Origin: Promethearchaeota archaeon
GTDB taxonomy: Archaea; Asgardarchaeota; Lokiarchaeia; Sigyniarchaeales; SOKP01
Assembly (NCBI GenBank): GCA_048940445.1
Contig: JBHLON010000065.1
Location: 1-12,608, forward strand
Direction of reading: 5' to 3'
DNA: 12,608 nucleotides
In this document: piece by piece, positions 1 through 8,177 of the stretch
Layout: every line of letters starts with the position of its first letter
Position numbering within the stretch: position 1 is the first letter of the stretch
Notes under the pieces: generated by a model
The model's database searches: none
The model's input: only the letters and a program-made list of their open reading frames with translations
What the model was told of the DNA's origin: nothing
Program-made: the position numbers and the translations under genes

Positions 1-201
1 GGATTTGAATATCCCTCAATTAATGACTTGAAAGACATACAATATAACTTATCAAAGATTATTAAAATATTATGTTTATCATAATTTTAAATGTAATTAA
101 TTTCAGTCTGAATTATCGAATCTTCCCTAACATTTATACTGTTAAATAATTTTACTTAGATAATTTTTGAAAATCAAATTTTAAAATATTTATCAAGAAA
201 T

Positions 202-232
202 AAAAAAAAGAATGAGAGTTTGTTTTACTCTC
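202..232 (-). terminator. Putative intrinsic terminator for the 265-834 gene (short hairpin plus U-tract)
   Basis: Inverted repeat GAGAGT(214-219)-TTGTTTT-ACTCTC(227-232), followed on the minus strand by a T8 tract (A8 at 202-209 on plus), about 30 nt past the stop codon. Confidence 0.55.
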
Positions 233-264
233 TTTATTACATTCTAAAGAACATATTAAGTTCT

Positions 265-834
265 TTAATTTGGAATTAGGATTGTACCAGAAAGCCCATT
301 TATGCCATAATAGGGATCAATATCCCAAACTATACCAAAAAGCTTCATTCCTTCAAAATCTCCAGTACCTTGCAATACAATTTTACCCTCAAAAGGCCCA
401 ACCCCAGCCGTGCCCTTAGCAATAACAGGTCCATAGAAGGTTCCTACTAGTCCGTCCCATTCTATGTACATTGTTACTTTTCCAATGGTTATAAATTCAT
501 AAGTAGTTAGGTCCATTTTAACATGTAAATCTAATTCATTATGGCCTGTAAATTCAATTCCATCAATTGTTCCAAAAGTAACTGCTTCTTTGTAAACTTT
601 CATATGTAGAAACTTACCTTCCCCCCAAGATTCGTAAGGTAACCAAATTGTTTGGTGTTCTTCACCTTCAAAAGTTAATCTGGTCGATCTCTGATTACCT
701 GTATTAGCTGTCGCAAAAGTACATGCAAATCCAGTAAAAATAGTAATCATTAAGATTGTAAGGATCATTATTTTTGGAACCAATTTTGCACTTTTAATTT
801 TCTTCACCACTCTTTTTAGGTTTAAATTTATCAT
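265..834 (-). CDS. Exported or membrane-anchored beta-rich hypothetical protein, possibly AOC/dirigent/DUF3224-like beta-barrel
   Basis: 189-aa ORF. Basic N-region followed by a hydrophobic stretch (IMILTILMITIFTGFACTFATA), typical of a signal peptide or anchor. The mature part is Gly/Thr/aromatic beta-strand-like and contains GTGDFEGMKLFG. A TATA box lies 39-44 nt upstream. The fold call is tentative. Confidence 0.75.
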   Translation of the reverse strand: MINLNLKRVVKKIKSAKLVPKIMILTILMITIFTGFACTFATANTGNQRSTRLTFEGEEHQTIWLPYESWGEGKFLHMKVYKEAVTFGTIDGIEFTGHNELDLHVKMDLTTYEFITIGKVTMYIEWDGLVGTFYGPVIAKGTAGVGPFEGKIVLQGTGDFEGMKLFGIVWDIDPYYGINGLSGTILIPN

Positions 835-872
835 CTTTAAGATGATTAATTATTGGTTGAGATATACTTGCA

Positions 873-948
873 TTTATAGTTGAGCTTTCGATAATTTCTT
901 GGAAATTCCGAAAATAAATGAAAATTTTGAAAAATAGATATAAATAGA
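873..948. promoter_or_regulatory. Divergent promoter/operator element, copy A
   Basis: TTTATA(873)-gttgagc-TTTC-gataa-TTTC-ttggaaa-TTCC(906)-gaaaataaat-GAAA(920)-attttga-AAAATAGATATAAATAGA(931-948). Aligns without gaps to copies at 7955, 8647 and 10107. TATA-like boxes face outward at both ends. Confidence 0.8.
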
Positions 949-998
949 TATGTTCCCAAATTATACCTATAAAGCATATTATTTAGTCTTCATTGATC

Positions 999-2927
999 AT
1001 GGGAAAAATAAATTATCCCTCTGAAGAGATTCTTAACCCTTCGAAATTGAAAAGAAAGAATTATGACCATATCATTCTTTGGATGCTAACTAATAATGAA
1101 AGTTGTGAATGGGCTCATTTTGAGCAAAAACCCATTGAAATTCCTATATCTACAATCTCACGTCATTTAACAAAATTAATCATACAAGGTTTTATAGAGA
1201 AGTGTGCTAGAGGAAAATACAAAATAACTCCAGAAGGGAAAAAGAGATTTTATGAGTTATCACAAGAAAAAAGGAAGACACGAAGGTTAAGTTACCCCCC
1301 TGATGTAATCTTAAAACGAGGGAGGATTTATTCCCATTGGATTATATGGATGGTGTATAATAATGGCTTTTGTAAAATATCTGATTTTATTGAAGAACCA
1401 CTGTCTATAAGTCAATCATCTTTATCAAAAAGTCTAAATACATTAATTCAAAAAGGATTTATCGTCAAAGAAAATAAAAGATATATAATTACTCAATCAG
1501 GCAAATTAGAATATTCAAGGATTCTTCAAAATTATGATTTGGACAGACAAACAATTTTAGAAGAGGAAAGAAAACGAATTGATGAAATTACTGCAAAGAC
1601 AGCACAGTTTTTTGGTAAATTTAACGTAACTGATGATCAAGTCAAATTTAGATTTCTCAACAATGTGTTAAAATTAGATTATTCAATAGTAGATACAATC
1701 TTAAAAAATGATGAAGATTTTTATAAAATTTTACTCTTTATTTCAATTAATCATCCAAATTCTTATCCTGATTATCTGTCTCTTGATAATTTTTCGAGTT
1801 ATTATAATATTAAAAAGAGAATTCTTGATTATTGGGTGAATGAGATTATAGGAAGCAAGCTATATGATTTAAAGTTCTTCAAATTATACATCTCTCCGAA
1901 TAAACATTATTATTTTCATTCAGATGAAAAATTAGAGAAAATACTTCGAGCTGTTACTGAAGAACAAATTGCGACAAACAAATATTTAGAAAAATTTGGG
2001 AGAACTAGGAGTCTAAATTCCATTATTGACGATATTCTTGAAGAACTTTGCCAAACTACATTTAACAAGCATTTCAGGGAAGCATTGAGAGAATTCTTAC
2101 CAGAATACATAAAATATTTAGCATATAAAATTGAGACTAAAGAAGAATTGAAAGAAACTTATGATAAACTAGAAGGAATAATTTGGCAAAACATGACAGA
2201 GATTATGCAATCACAGAATTCTGAAACATTAGAATCTCAATACAAAGAAAAACTTAAAGAGATTGAAAAAGAAATCAACTTGACTCCGTTGAATTATGAA
2301 TTATATAATTCAAAAATACGAATTTTACTCTATTTCAACCAATACACCGATGTATTAAGGTTAATAGATAAAATGTTGAGATTATTTCCTGAAAAAGAAA
2401 TTGACTTGACGATAAAAAAGGCTTATACTCTTAAAAAAGAAAAAAATTTAGAAGGAGGATTAGAGATTATCGAAAAATTACTTGTAAAATATCCAGAAGA
2501 CAATTCTCTTCATAATTATAAAGCATATTGGTTATCCTATTTGGGTAGAAAACAAGAATCATTGAAGATTCTTCGCAAGCTCATCAAAAGTGAACCAGAA
2601 AAAGGAATTTATCATGATACATACGGAGAAATCTTAATATCCTTCAAAGAATATGAAAAAGCCATAAAAGAATTTCAAACCGCAATCAAAATAGACTCTA
2701 ATGACTGGTTTATCTACCAGACTTACATCAAAATTGGAATTTGTTATGCAGCACTCGAAAATGTTGAATTAGCAATTCAAAATCTAAAGATTGGAAAAGA
2801 GATGACAAATAAAATTATCAGCGATTTGGAATCAAAAAATAAGTGGTTAGCAATTGCAAACCTTTTTCTTGCAGAGATAGAAGAACAAGAATCTTTATCA
2901 TTTTCTAATTCATCTATTCAGAACTAG
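999..2927 (+). CDS. Tandem winged-helix + C-terminal TPR protein, putative transcriptional regulator (paralog 1)
   Basis: Two N-terminal wHTH repeats (IPISTISRHLTKLIIQGFIEK..GKYKITPEGK; ISQSSLSKSLNTLIQKGFIVK..RYIITQSGK) and C-terminal TPRs (e.g. YHDTYGEILISFKEYEKAIKEFQTAIKIDSND). ATG 999 is preferred over TTG 993 because MGKINYP aligns with MGSIIYP of the paralog and TATA-to-ATG spacing matches (60 vs 61 nt). Confidence 0.9.
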   Translation: MGKINYPSEEILNPSKLKRKNYDHIILWMLTNNESCEWAHFEQKPIEIPISTISRHLTKLIIQGFIEKCARGKYKITPEGKKRFYELSQEKRKTRRLSYPPDVILKRGRIYSHWIIWMVYNNGFCKISDFIEEPLSISQSSLSKSLNTLIQKGFIVKENKRYIITQSGKLEYSRILQNYDLDRQTILEEERKRIDEITAKTAQFFGKFNVTDDQVKFRFLNNVLKLDYSIVDTILKNDEDFYKILLFISINHPNSYPDYLSLDNFSSYYNIKKRILDYWVNEIIGSKLYDLKFFKLYISPNKHYYFHSDEKLEKILRAVTEEQIATNKYLEKFGRTRSLNSIIDDILEELCQTTFNKHFREALREFLPEYIKYLAYKIETKEELKETYDKLEGIIWQNMTEIMQSQNSETLESQYKEKLKEIEKEINLTPLNYELYNSKIRILLYFNQYTDVLRLIDKMLRLFPEKEIDLTIKKAYTLKKEKNLEGGLEIIEKLLVKYPEDNSLHNYKAYWLSYLGRKQESLKILRKLIKSEPEKGIYHDTYGEILISFKEYEKAIKEFQTAIKIDSNDWFIYQTYIKIGICYAALENVELAIQNLKIGKEMTNKIISDLESKNKWLAIANLFLAEIEEQESLSFSNSSIQN

Positions 2928-3468
2928 ATAAATTTTTATATTTATAGTATAATTTTTTAATAATTGCATTAAAAGCTTCTATTACTCCTTGTCCAGTTTT
3001 TGCAGACGTAATATAATGTCCAAGAAAACTATTATCTTTGACTAGCTTCTTAACCTCAATTTCATTTAAATCGTTTTGATTAACTAAATCAACTTTATTG
3101 GCAAATATAACAACAGGAATAATACCACAATACTTTGTTAATTCATTATACCAATTGGTTATATGCATGAAGCTATCTTTGCCTAAATCATTTTCTTCAA
3201 GACTGAATACAATAATAGCCGCCCTACTCTCTTTATAAAATAAAGGGTGCAAGAAATTAAAATCATCTTGACCTGCTATATCCCAAAATATTAAATTAAT
3301 TAGATCTCCATCAATTTCTTCATCATATGTTGAGAATTGAGCGCCTATAGTTTTAACATAATCTTTCTCAAACGTTCCCATTGTATATTTTTTAATTAAA
3401 GAAGTCTTACCAACCCCCCCATCACCGATGACGGATATCTTAAATTCAAATTCTTCTGATATGCTCAT
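2914..3468 (-). CDS. Ras-superfamily small GTPase, Rab-like (Asgard type)
   Basis: G1 GDGGVGKT, G2 Thr in YVKTIGAQF, G3 WDIAGQ, G4 NKVD, G5 TSAK. 184 aa with no C-terminal Cys prenylation motif. Confidence 0.95.
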   Translation of the reverse strand: MSISEEFEFKISVIGDGGVGKTSLIKKYTMGTFEKDYVKTIGAQFSTYDEEIDGDLINLIFWDIAGQDDFNFLHPLFYKESRAAIIVFSLEENDLGKDSFMHITNWYNELTKYCGIIPVVIFANKVDLVNQNDLNEIEVKKLVKDNSFLGHYITSAKTGQGVIEAFNAIIKKLYYKYKNLSSSE

Positions 3469-3593
3469 AAATCTCTTAATACTTTTTAGACTTATATTTC
3501 TACTTTAAATTAAAATTAACTCTAAACTAATATAAAATTTTACATAAATGTTATGATATTAAAATTGCACATTACAACAATTAAATCTAATGT

Positions 3594-5285
3594 TTAATAA
3601 AGAGTTTTTTGTATAAACGTTTTTTTAATAAGGGGTGCTAAAGAAGGAATATCTTTAAGACTAATTTTCCGGCTTTTTTCATAAAACTCTTCAAATTTCT
3701 TCCATATTTCAGTATGATCCTTCAATTCTTTTATAAAAGAGTTTATACGCTTTTGAGCTAAATATGATTGTCCCCTATATAAATAGAATAATAGAAATGG
3801 GAAAATAGATTTCATTAGAAGTGTATGGTTTCCAAAAGAAGCACGATCCAGCCCCTCAGAAAACATTTCGTTAATAAATGAATTAATCGCTGTAAAAAAA
3901 CCTCCAAAAAGATGGTCCTCAAACGATGTATCCTCAATAAAAGATTGAGTAAAAATGGGTAAGCCACCTTCTGATATGAGTAAAAGATAAATAGGCTCCT
4001 CCTCAATAAGTTCAGGAGGTTCTATTATTCGCTTTTTCATCATATCATCTATCTCTTCATTCAAGCCAGCGAGTTCCAAGCGTTCGGAGAAATTTACTTC
4101 TGAATCTTTAAATCTCCTCCAAATTTTTTCTTGTTTAAGTAATTTATCGTGCTCATTCGATATGTTTATAGCTAATTGTTTTAGCCCATAAGTTTCAGCA
4201 ATATCTTGAGCTTGGTTTAATAATCTTTTAGCTTCTTTTATATTAGAAGTTAATAATAATAATTTACCCTTCAAAATATAAGTCTCTATTAAAATTAGAT
4301 GCGCATTTTGATGGTTGGCAATATCTAATAATTCTTGGATATAACCTTGTATTTCGGTTGTTATTTCAAAATCATTAGTTATTTTTAGTTCTGTTAAACA
4401 TAAATCACATAAATTTATGATCGCATCAATCCTTTGCTCGCTATTTATTGAATTATTTAAGGCAATACTTTTAAAAAGATCTTCGGATTTGATACGATCT
4501 CTTGCTCTTAAACTAGACTTTAATACTAAAGCTTCAGTAAAAGTATAAATAACTCTATGTCGTTCAGTATCAAACTTTTTAATGTATTCGCGGAATAGCT
4601 CGAGATTAGCTTTTGCTTCGTTTATTTCTCCTTTACTAACATAAATCTCAATTAGATTGGAAAATGCGTGTACTAAAGTATATCTTTCATTAAGCTTAAT
4701 AGCATCTTTGGCATATAATATCGCTTTATCATATTCTTTCATATTACTATACATTTGGGCTATATTACTTAGACTCGAAGCCATAAATCTTTTGTTACTG
4801 GTGTTTTTTACAAGATCATAAGCTTTCTTATTCAATTCTAAAGTTTTTTGAACATCTCCTTTAAAATAAGTAATTCCTGACTTAGTTTTCACCAAAAAAC
4901 ATTCTCTCTCTCTCAAATCTATTTTTAAAGTTTCTTTAATTACGTTAAATAAATCTTGTGCTTGTTCAATTAAAGCTTCACTTTTATTTACATTTACCAT
5001 TATCATATAGGAATATGTTTGAATCATTAAAGCATCAAAAGATGAAAGTAAGTCTCCTAATTTTTGAGCCTTCTGAAATGCAATTTCAGCAGTTTCAATC
5101 GCTTTTAAGTAGTTTCCTACAACACGGAAAAGTTCAGCTTTAACAAGATCGCAAGAGAGTTGTTCTTTAAGAGATAAATCACTCTTTTGTTCCAATTTCG
5201 AAATAATTTGAAATACTTCCTTTTCCTTGCCTTCTTCTACAAGCTGAGTAACTTGAATCAATTCTTTAATTTCAGGATGGAACAT
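3594..5285 (-). CDS. TPR-repeat protein with C-terminal longin-like domain (paralog 1)
   Basis: 563 aa. Helical TPR-like repeats (ASSLSNIAQMYSNMKEYDKAILYAKDAIKL). C-terminal ~135 aa shows a beta-beta-alpha-beta-beta-beta-alpha-alpha pattern (LLLISEGGLPIFTQSF...LFGGFFTAINSFINEMF...LDRASFGNHTLLM...FLLFYLY). The longin assignment is by pattern only. Confidence 0.85.
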   Translation of the reverse strand: MFHPEIKELIQVTQLVEEGKEKEVFQIISKLEQKSDLSLKEQLSCDLVKAELFRVVGNYLKAIETAEIAFQKAQKLGDLLSSFDALMIQTYSYMIMVNVNKSEALIEQAQDLFNVIKETLKIDLRERECFLVKTKSGITYFKGDVQKTLELNKKAYDLVKNTSNKRFMASSLSNIAQMYSNMKEYDKAILYAKDAIKLNERYTLVHAFSNLIEIYVSKGEINEAKANLELFREYIKKFDTERHRVIYTFTEALVLKSSLRARDRIKSEDLFKSIALNNSINSEQRIDAIINLCDLCLTELKITNDFEITTEIQGYIQELLDIANHQNAHLILIETYILKGKLLLLTSNIKEAKRLLNQAQDIAETYGLKQLAINISNEHDKLLKQEKIWRRFKDSEVNFSERLELAGLNEEIDDMMKKRIIEPPELIEEEPIYLLLISEGGLPIFTQSFIEDTSFEDHLFGGFFTAINSFINEMFSEGLDRASFGNHTLLMKSIFPFLLFYLYRGQSYLAQKRINSFIKELKDHTEIWKKFEEFYEKSRKISLKDIPSLAPLIKKTFIQKTLY

Positions 5286-5313
5286 CTATTCATAAATCTT
5301 TTATAATTAATTA

Positions 5314-5361
5314 GATATCTTTTCTAATATAAGAAAAACTGCCCTTTAAATATATTGTAAA
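5314..5361 (-). promoter_or_regulatory. Conserved promoter of the TPR-longin gene 3594-5285
   Basis: 48-nt block matches 7282-7329 at 39/48 positions without gaps. Contains TTTAAATA (TATA-like) upstream of the start codon. Confidence 0.6.
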
Positions 5362-5468
5362 GCATATAAAAATCTAAATCTCAAAATTAAAATCGGTTAA
5401 GGATAAAAAAAAAAATTAACTTTACCTTTATTAATTATTTATATTTAACTCCTCTGTTTAATGTAAGA

Positions 5469-5515
5469 GATAATTCCATAGAACCTCCTATTTTTAATGG
5501 AATAATGAAAAAATA
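5469..5515. promoter_or_regulatory. Partial copy (E) of the TTCC/GGAA operator element
   Basis: gataa-TTCC(5474)-atagaac-CTCC(5485)-tatttttaat-GGAA(5499)-taatgaa-AAAATA. Same spacing as the other copies but lacks the left TTTATA box. Confidence 0.65.
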
Positions 5516-5542
5516 ATATTCAAAATTAATTCGAGTTATAAG

Positions 5543-7246
5543 CTATAAATCATTAATTACCATGTTTTGGGTTATAAAGACATCAGTTATTAAAGATTCA
5601 AGCAAGGGGATATCTTTTAAATGAATAAGCTTACTTAATTTAAAGGAGTTTAGCAAATTTTGCCAAATATCAACTCTAGTTTGTAATATATCAATAAAAT
5701 AATTCAATTTTTGAAGAGCATAATAGGAATTACCTTTAAATATATAGCAAATAAAAAAAGGTGGGAATGATTTCATAAGAAGTGTATAATCTCCAAAGAT
5801 TGCGCGATCTAATCCTTCAGAAAACATCTCCCTGATAAAGTAATCAATAGTGGCCAAAAAACCACCTAATAGATGAGATTCAAATACTTTATCCTCAATA
5901 AATGATTTTGAGAATAATGGGCTTCCTCCCTCTGAGAGTAGTAATAGAAATACAGGTTCTTCCTCTGAAAATTCTGGGATTTCGATGATTTGCTTTTTTA
6001 ACATATGCCTTAGTTGCTCATTCAAACCAGCAAGCTTCAAGCGTTCAGATATAGACGCTTGGGAAATTTTCAAATTCTCCCACATTTTAGTTTTTCTGAG
6101 TAATTCATCATGTTCGTAGGAAATTTTCATCGCTAATCGTTTCATACCATATGATTCTGCTATTGTTTGAGCCTGAGTCAAAAATATTTTGGCCTTGTTT
6201 ATATCTAAAGTTAAAAGTGAAAGCTTTGCTTGTAAAAGGTAAGTTTCGGCTAAATATAAATATAGATGCTGATTTTCAGCAATATCTAACAACTTTTGAA
6301 TATATGGATGTATCTCGTTTATTATCTTAGGGTCATTAGTTATCCGAAGTTCAGTTAGGTATAAGTCACATAAGTTTATAATCGCTTCAATCCGTAACTG
6401 ATTAAGTAATGTATTGTCCATAGCTAATTCTTTAAATATATCTTCCGCTTTAATACGATCTCTTGCTCGTAGACTTGATTTTAATATAAAAGCCTTTAAA
6501 GATTGATAATATCTTTTATATGGTTTAATATCAAATTTTTCTAAGTGTTCACGCAAATGATCTAAATAAAAGTTTGCTTCTTTAATATCTCCCTTACTAA
6601 CATTAATTTTAATTAAGGTACCTAACACAGCTACCAAGTATCGGTTATCTTTAACCTTAAAGGCTTTTTTTGCATATTTTATTGCTTTATCATAATCTTT
6701 CAAATGATAAAAGTGTTCAGCAATATTATTAAGGCTCCTAGAAATCAATGCTTTATTGCCTGTGTCTTTGGCTAGTTCATAAGCTTTTTTATTTAATTCA
6801 AGAGAAGTGTGAATATCTCCCTTAAAGCCGCAAATAATTGCCTTTATCCTTACTAAAAAAGATTCTCTTTCTCTTAGATCTATTGAAAGTGTTTCTTTAA
6901 TTAATTTAAATAAATCTTCTGCTTGTGTAATTAGATCTTCACTTTGAGTTATATTGACCGTCATAATATAGGAATAAGCCTGAAGGAGTAAGGCATCCAA
7001 AGATGATACTAAATCTCCTAGTTTCTGAAATTCATGAAATATATCCTTAGCAATTTCAATTGCGTCGTATAGTTTTCCTATCTCGCGTAATAGATTAGCT
7101 TTAACGAGTTTATATAAGAGTAATTCTTTAAGAGAAAGACCGTCTCCTTGTTCTAATTCTTCAACAATTTGTAAAGCTTCCTTTATTTTCCCCTCTTCTC
7201 TAAGTTGTTCTACTGAATTCAAACCTATAATCTCAGAATGAAACAT
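5543..7246 (-). CDS. TPR-repeat protein with C-terminal longin-like domain (paralog 2)
   Basis: 567 aa, full-length homolog of 3594-5285 (MFHSEI/MFHPEI, IDLRERE, LKSSLRARDRIK, IINLCDL, SEGLDRA). Confidence 0.85.
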   Translation of the reverse strand: MFHSEIIGLNSVEQLREEGKIKEALQIVEELEQGDGLSLKELLLYKLVKANLLREIGKLYDAIEIAKDIFHEFQKLGDLVSSLDALLLQAYSYIMTVNITQSEDLITQAEDLFKLIKETLSIDLRERESFLVRIKAIICGFKGDIHTSLELNKKAYELAKDTGNKALISRSLNNIAEHFYHLKDYDKAIKYAKKAFKVKDNRYLVAVLGTLIKINVSKGDIKEANFYLDHLREHLEKFDIKPYKRYYQSLKAFILKSSLRARDRIKAEDIFKELAMDNTLLNQLRIEAIINLCDLYLTELRITNDPKIINEIHPYIQKLLDIAENQHLYLYLAETYLLQAKLSLLTLDINKAKIFLTQAQTIAESYGMKRLAMKISYEHDELLRKTKMWENLKISQASISERLKLAGLNEQLRHMLKKQIIEIPEFSEEEPVFLLLLSEGGSPLFSKSFIEDKVFESHLLGGFLATIDYFIREMFSEGLDRAIFGDYTLLMKSFPPFFICYIFKGNSYYALQKLNYFIDILQTRVDIWQNLLNSFKLSKLIHLKDIPLLESLITDVFITQNMVINDL

Positions 7247-7281
7247 CTACTCAAAAAATGTTTTAAATATAGACAATTTAG

Positions 7282-7329
7282 GATATATTTACTAATATAA
7301 GCTAAATTGTGTTTTAAATATAATGTAAA
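7282..7329 (-). promoter_or_regulatory. Conserved promoter of the TPR-longin gene 5543-7246
   Basis: Ungapped match to 5314-5361, including CTAATATAAG and TTTAAATATA. Confidence 0.6.
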
Positions 7330-7473
7330 AAAGTTGCTTAGTAAGTTAATGTACCTTTGGACCGAATCAATATAAGAAAGGGCTTTATTAAATAAGTGTA
7401 TAATTAGTTCCAAAATACTTACATAAAAAATAAAAAGAAAAAAATAAATTAGAGAATTTTTAATTTAAGTTGA

Positions 7474-7869
7474 TTAGCTTCTCTGTTTGATATAAGCGAT
7501 AATTCCAAGCGTAAGAAGGGAAGCCTCTACGATCATAGCAAATACACCAAATAGAATCGTTGAGACTTCAAAAGAAGAGCCTAATACTGCTAATACAGCA
7601 ACTTCAATGATTAGTGTCGATATAAGCATAGTTAACAAAAATGCAAATGTCAATTTAATTTCTTCCCATTCCTTTTTGCGAAGCATTATAATTGCAAAAA
7701 GTGTAGCTACAAAACAGAGTCCCCCCCAAAATCTAGGGTAGTAGGGATTTGTAAACCCCTCAGGATTCATAGTTATATCATATAGAAATAAAAGGTTGAC
7801 TCCAAATATAAACCAAACAATCGCATCCACTATAAGTACGATTTTTGTAAATTTTTTAATTTCGGTCAT
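7474..7869 (-). CDS. Small 4-TM membrane protein (paralog 1)
   Basis: 131 aa with four hydrophobic segments. Shares MTE.KK.TKIVLI, FW and KK.WEEIKL with 8178-8570. Confidence 0.85.
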   Translation of the reverse strand: MTEIKKFTKIVLIVDAIVWFIFGVNLLFLYDITMNPEGFTNPYYPRFWGGLCFVATLFAIIMLRKKEWEEIKLTFAFLLTMLISTLIIEVAVLAVLGSSFEVSTILFGVFAMIVEASLLTLGIIAYIKQRS

Positions 7870-7933
7870 TTTTTTTATTCAACTCATCTTTTTGTTTATA
7901 GTTTCAATTTTATCACCAATATGGTAACCGATA

Positions 7934-8005
7934 AAATCTTGAGTAATTTTTGTATTTATAATTGAGTATCTGATAATTCTATGGAACTTCCTATTTTAAT
8001 TGGAA
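7934..8005 (-). promoter_or_regulatory. Promoter/operator element, copy B
   Basis: AAATCTTGAGTAAT(7934)-N7-TTTATA(7955)-attgagt-ATCT-gataa-TTCT-atggaac-TTCC(7988)-tattttaatt-GGAA(8002). Confidence 0.8.
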
Positions 8006-8177
8006 CTTATATATATATTATATCATTTAATTTTGATTTTTCAATATTTATTGATTATTTAACAGGTAGAAGAAATAAAAACCTGAAATTGTTTGAAGGA
8101 TTTCAATAAACACAAACCAAAAAGAAAAAAAAATATTTAGATTGTTTTTAGAATTTTATCAAAAACAAAAAGTGTGC

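Noticed and set aside
1-84. Possible gene fragment at the window edge (plus frame GFEYPSIND...LS* ending at 84, or a minus-strand start ATG at 38, MSFKSLIEGYSN)
   Set aside because: Too short to decide strand or product.
895-909. Resemblance of GGAAATTCC / TTC..GAA to NF-kB sites or heat-shock elements
   Set aside because: Spacing does not fit nGAAn arrays, it is not conserved in copies C and D, and no such factors are evident.
993-998. TTG start at 993 given in the ORF track
   Set aside because: Paralog alignment and promoter spacing favour ATG 999.
1916-2110. 64-aa minus ORF
   Set aside because: Antisense shadow inside a well-supported CDS.
3815-4006. 63-aa minus ORF
   Set aside because: Alternate frame within the conserved C-terminal domain of 3594-5285.
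4958-5143. 61-aa plus ORF
   Set aside because: Antisense shadow with no supporting features.
7225-7413. 62-aa minus ORF
   Set aside because: Runs across the conserved promoter block and overlaps the next start codon; low-complexity AT-rich translation.
7397-7424. TGTATAATTAGTTCCAAAATACTTACAT, resembling the left half of cassette D; also TAATTTCAGT near 98-107
   Set aside because: Needs gaps and lacks the TTCC-N10-GGAA core; could be chance in AT-rich DNA.
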